From NCBI RefSeq assembly GCF_001194135.2, contig NC_068981.1:128366714-128430713 (forward strand): a stretch of DNA of 64,000 bases. The letters run 5' to 3'. Both the position numbers and the translations under genes were made by a program. Shown here piece after piece: positions 63,066-64,000 of this stretch (positions are counted from its first letter, which is position 1; every line of letters starts with the position of its first letter). The notes beneath the pieces were generated by a model, which worked only from the letters and a program-made list of their open reading frames with translations, was not told the origin of the DNA and ran no database searches. Origin of the DNA: Octopus bimaculoides. Taxonomy: Eukaryota.

Positions 63066-64000
63066 TATAATCAATGTTTGAAACAATAATTTTGTGCAGA
63101 TTTAATATGATCTGCATTCAACTAATTAGCCACTAACTAGGTGCTTAATTTCCCAGGCAATGCTAGGTATTCTTCTACATATTTAATACACAAATAATTT
63201 TAAAAACTAACAAGAAATAATTATGTAGAGAAGAAAAAAATCTATGAATGACTAATATGTTATTTTCATTTTTTAAGCAAGCACGAGACAACAGCAGATA
63301 TTTTTGTCTTATTTGACCTCATCAAAATAATATCAGCTTCATAATACTTTTATCAACACTTTTACTGTAAAAATTAAGATATATCACTCAAAATTTCATT
63401 ACTCTTCACTGCAGAAAGTACTTTTCTAAACCAATCTATCTTTTGTTGAGGAATGTCATGTTTGAAACTATTTTTTGTGAAGATATGTTAAGTTTACTGA
63501 GGTAACACGACTTGCAGAAAATACCACCATCTTAAAGAGTCCATTAAACATCATCATCCCAGATACCATCAAATTTAATTTCACAGTTAAAGGATCAAAG
63601 ATTTTACCCAATCCTTCCTAATCCAGGTAGAAAACATCTGGAATTCTTGTTCTGATCTACAGATGTTGATCTCTGGAAGTTCAAACTGAACATCAACAGC
63701 ATCAATCATTACATTTTGTTTGGTTAACCAGTGGTTCTCAACCAAAGTCCATATGGCCCTGGATGTCCATAATAAGGTTTTTGGGGGTCCACACAACAAA
63801 ATGGTATATTGGGGATCCACAGTAGCATTTTAAGGGCCCCTGAAAAAATTTTGTTTTAGATGTATGTATTGCAAGAAATGGCTAGATTTGTTTCTCTAAT
63901 GTTCAACCTGTACAAGTTAATATGTGAAAATCAAAATAGGAATTTTAAAATCTGTTTCTATAAAACTAGTTTTTAAACACTGAATAGCTATGGGAATCCA

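Noticed and set aside
63587-63820. Minus-strand ORF as an upstream exon of the host gene
   Set aside because: Splice sites are weak, and the upstream half overlaps repeat-like sequence.

Overview
AT-rich, intron-dominated eukaryotic DNA with three N-gaps (6402-7183, 27756-28383, 39046-39055). The repeat content is abundant (TA)n/(CA)n microsatellites, tRNA-derived SINEs, RTE LINE 3' tails and Tc1/mariner elements, which looks like an octopod cephalopod genome (inference, no search run). One host gene is visible on the minus strand as a chain of small GT-AG exons (58879 down to at least 33058, possibly 24899). It encodes a protein with coiled-coil and acidic segments that I cannot name. A canonical minus-strand polyadenylation site lies near 8560. 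The rest is degenerate mobile DNA: a HERO-like RLE LINE, CR1-, RTE-, L1/Tx1- and R4/Dong-like LINE fragments, LTR remnants with primer-binding sites, DD34D/DD37D/Tc1 transposons and MITEs. Two structures stand out. (i) A 1.0-kb unit at 33726-34735 is built as LTR + tRNA-Trp PBS + short spacer + G-rich tract + 385-bp foldback, and is flanked by a 4-bp AGAT duplication. (ii) A TTAA-bounded element at 47478-48808 carries a relic of a protein with an XPG/FEN1-like H3TH motif rather than a recognisable piggyBac transposase. No CRISPR array, rRNA or intact tRNA gene was found.
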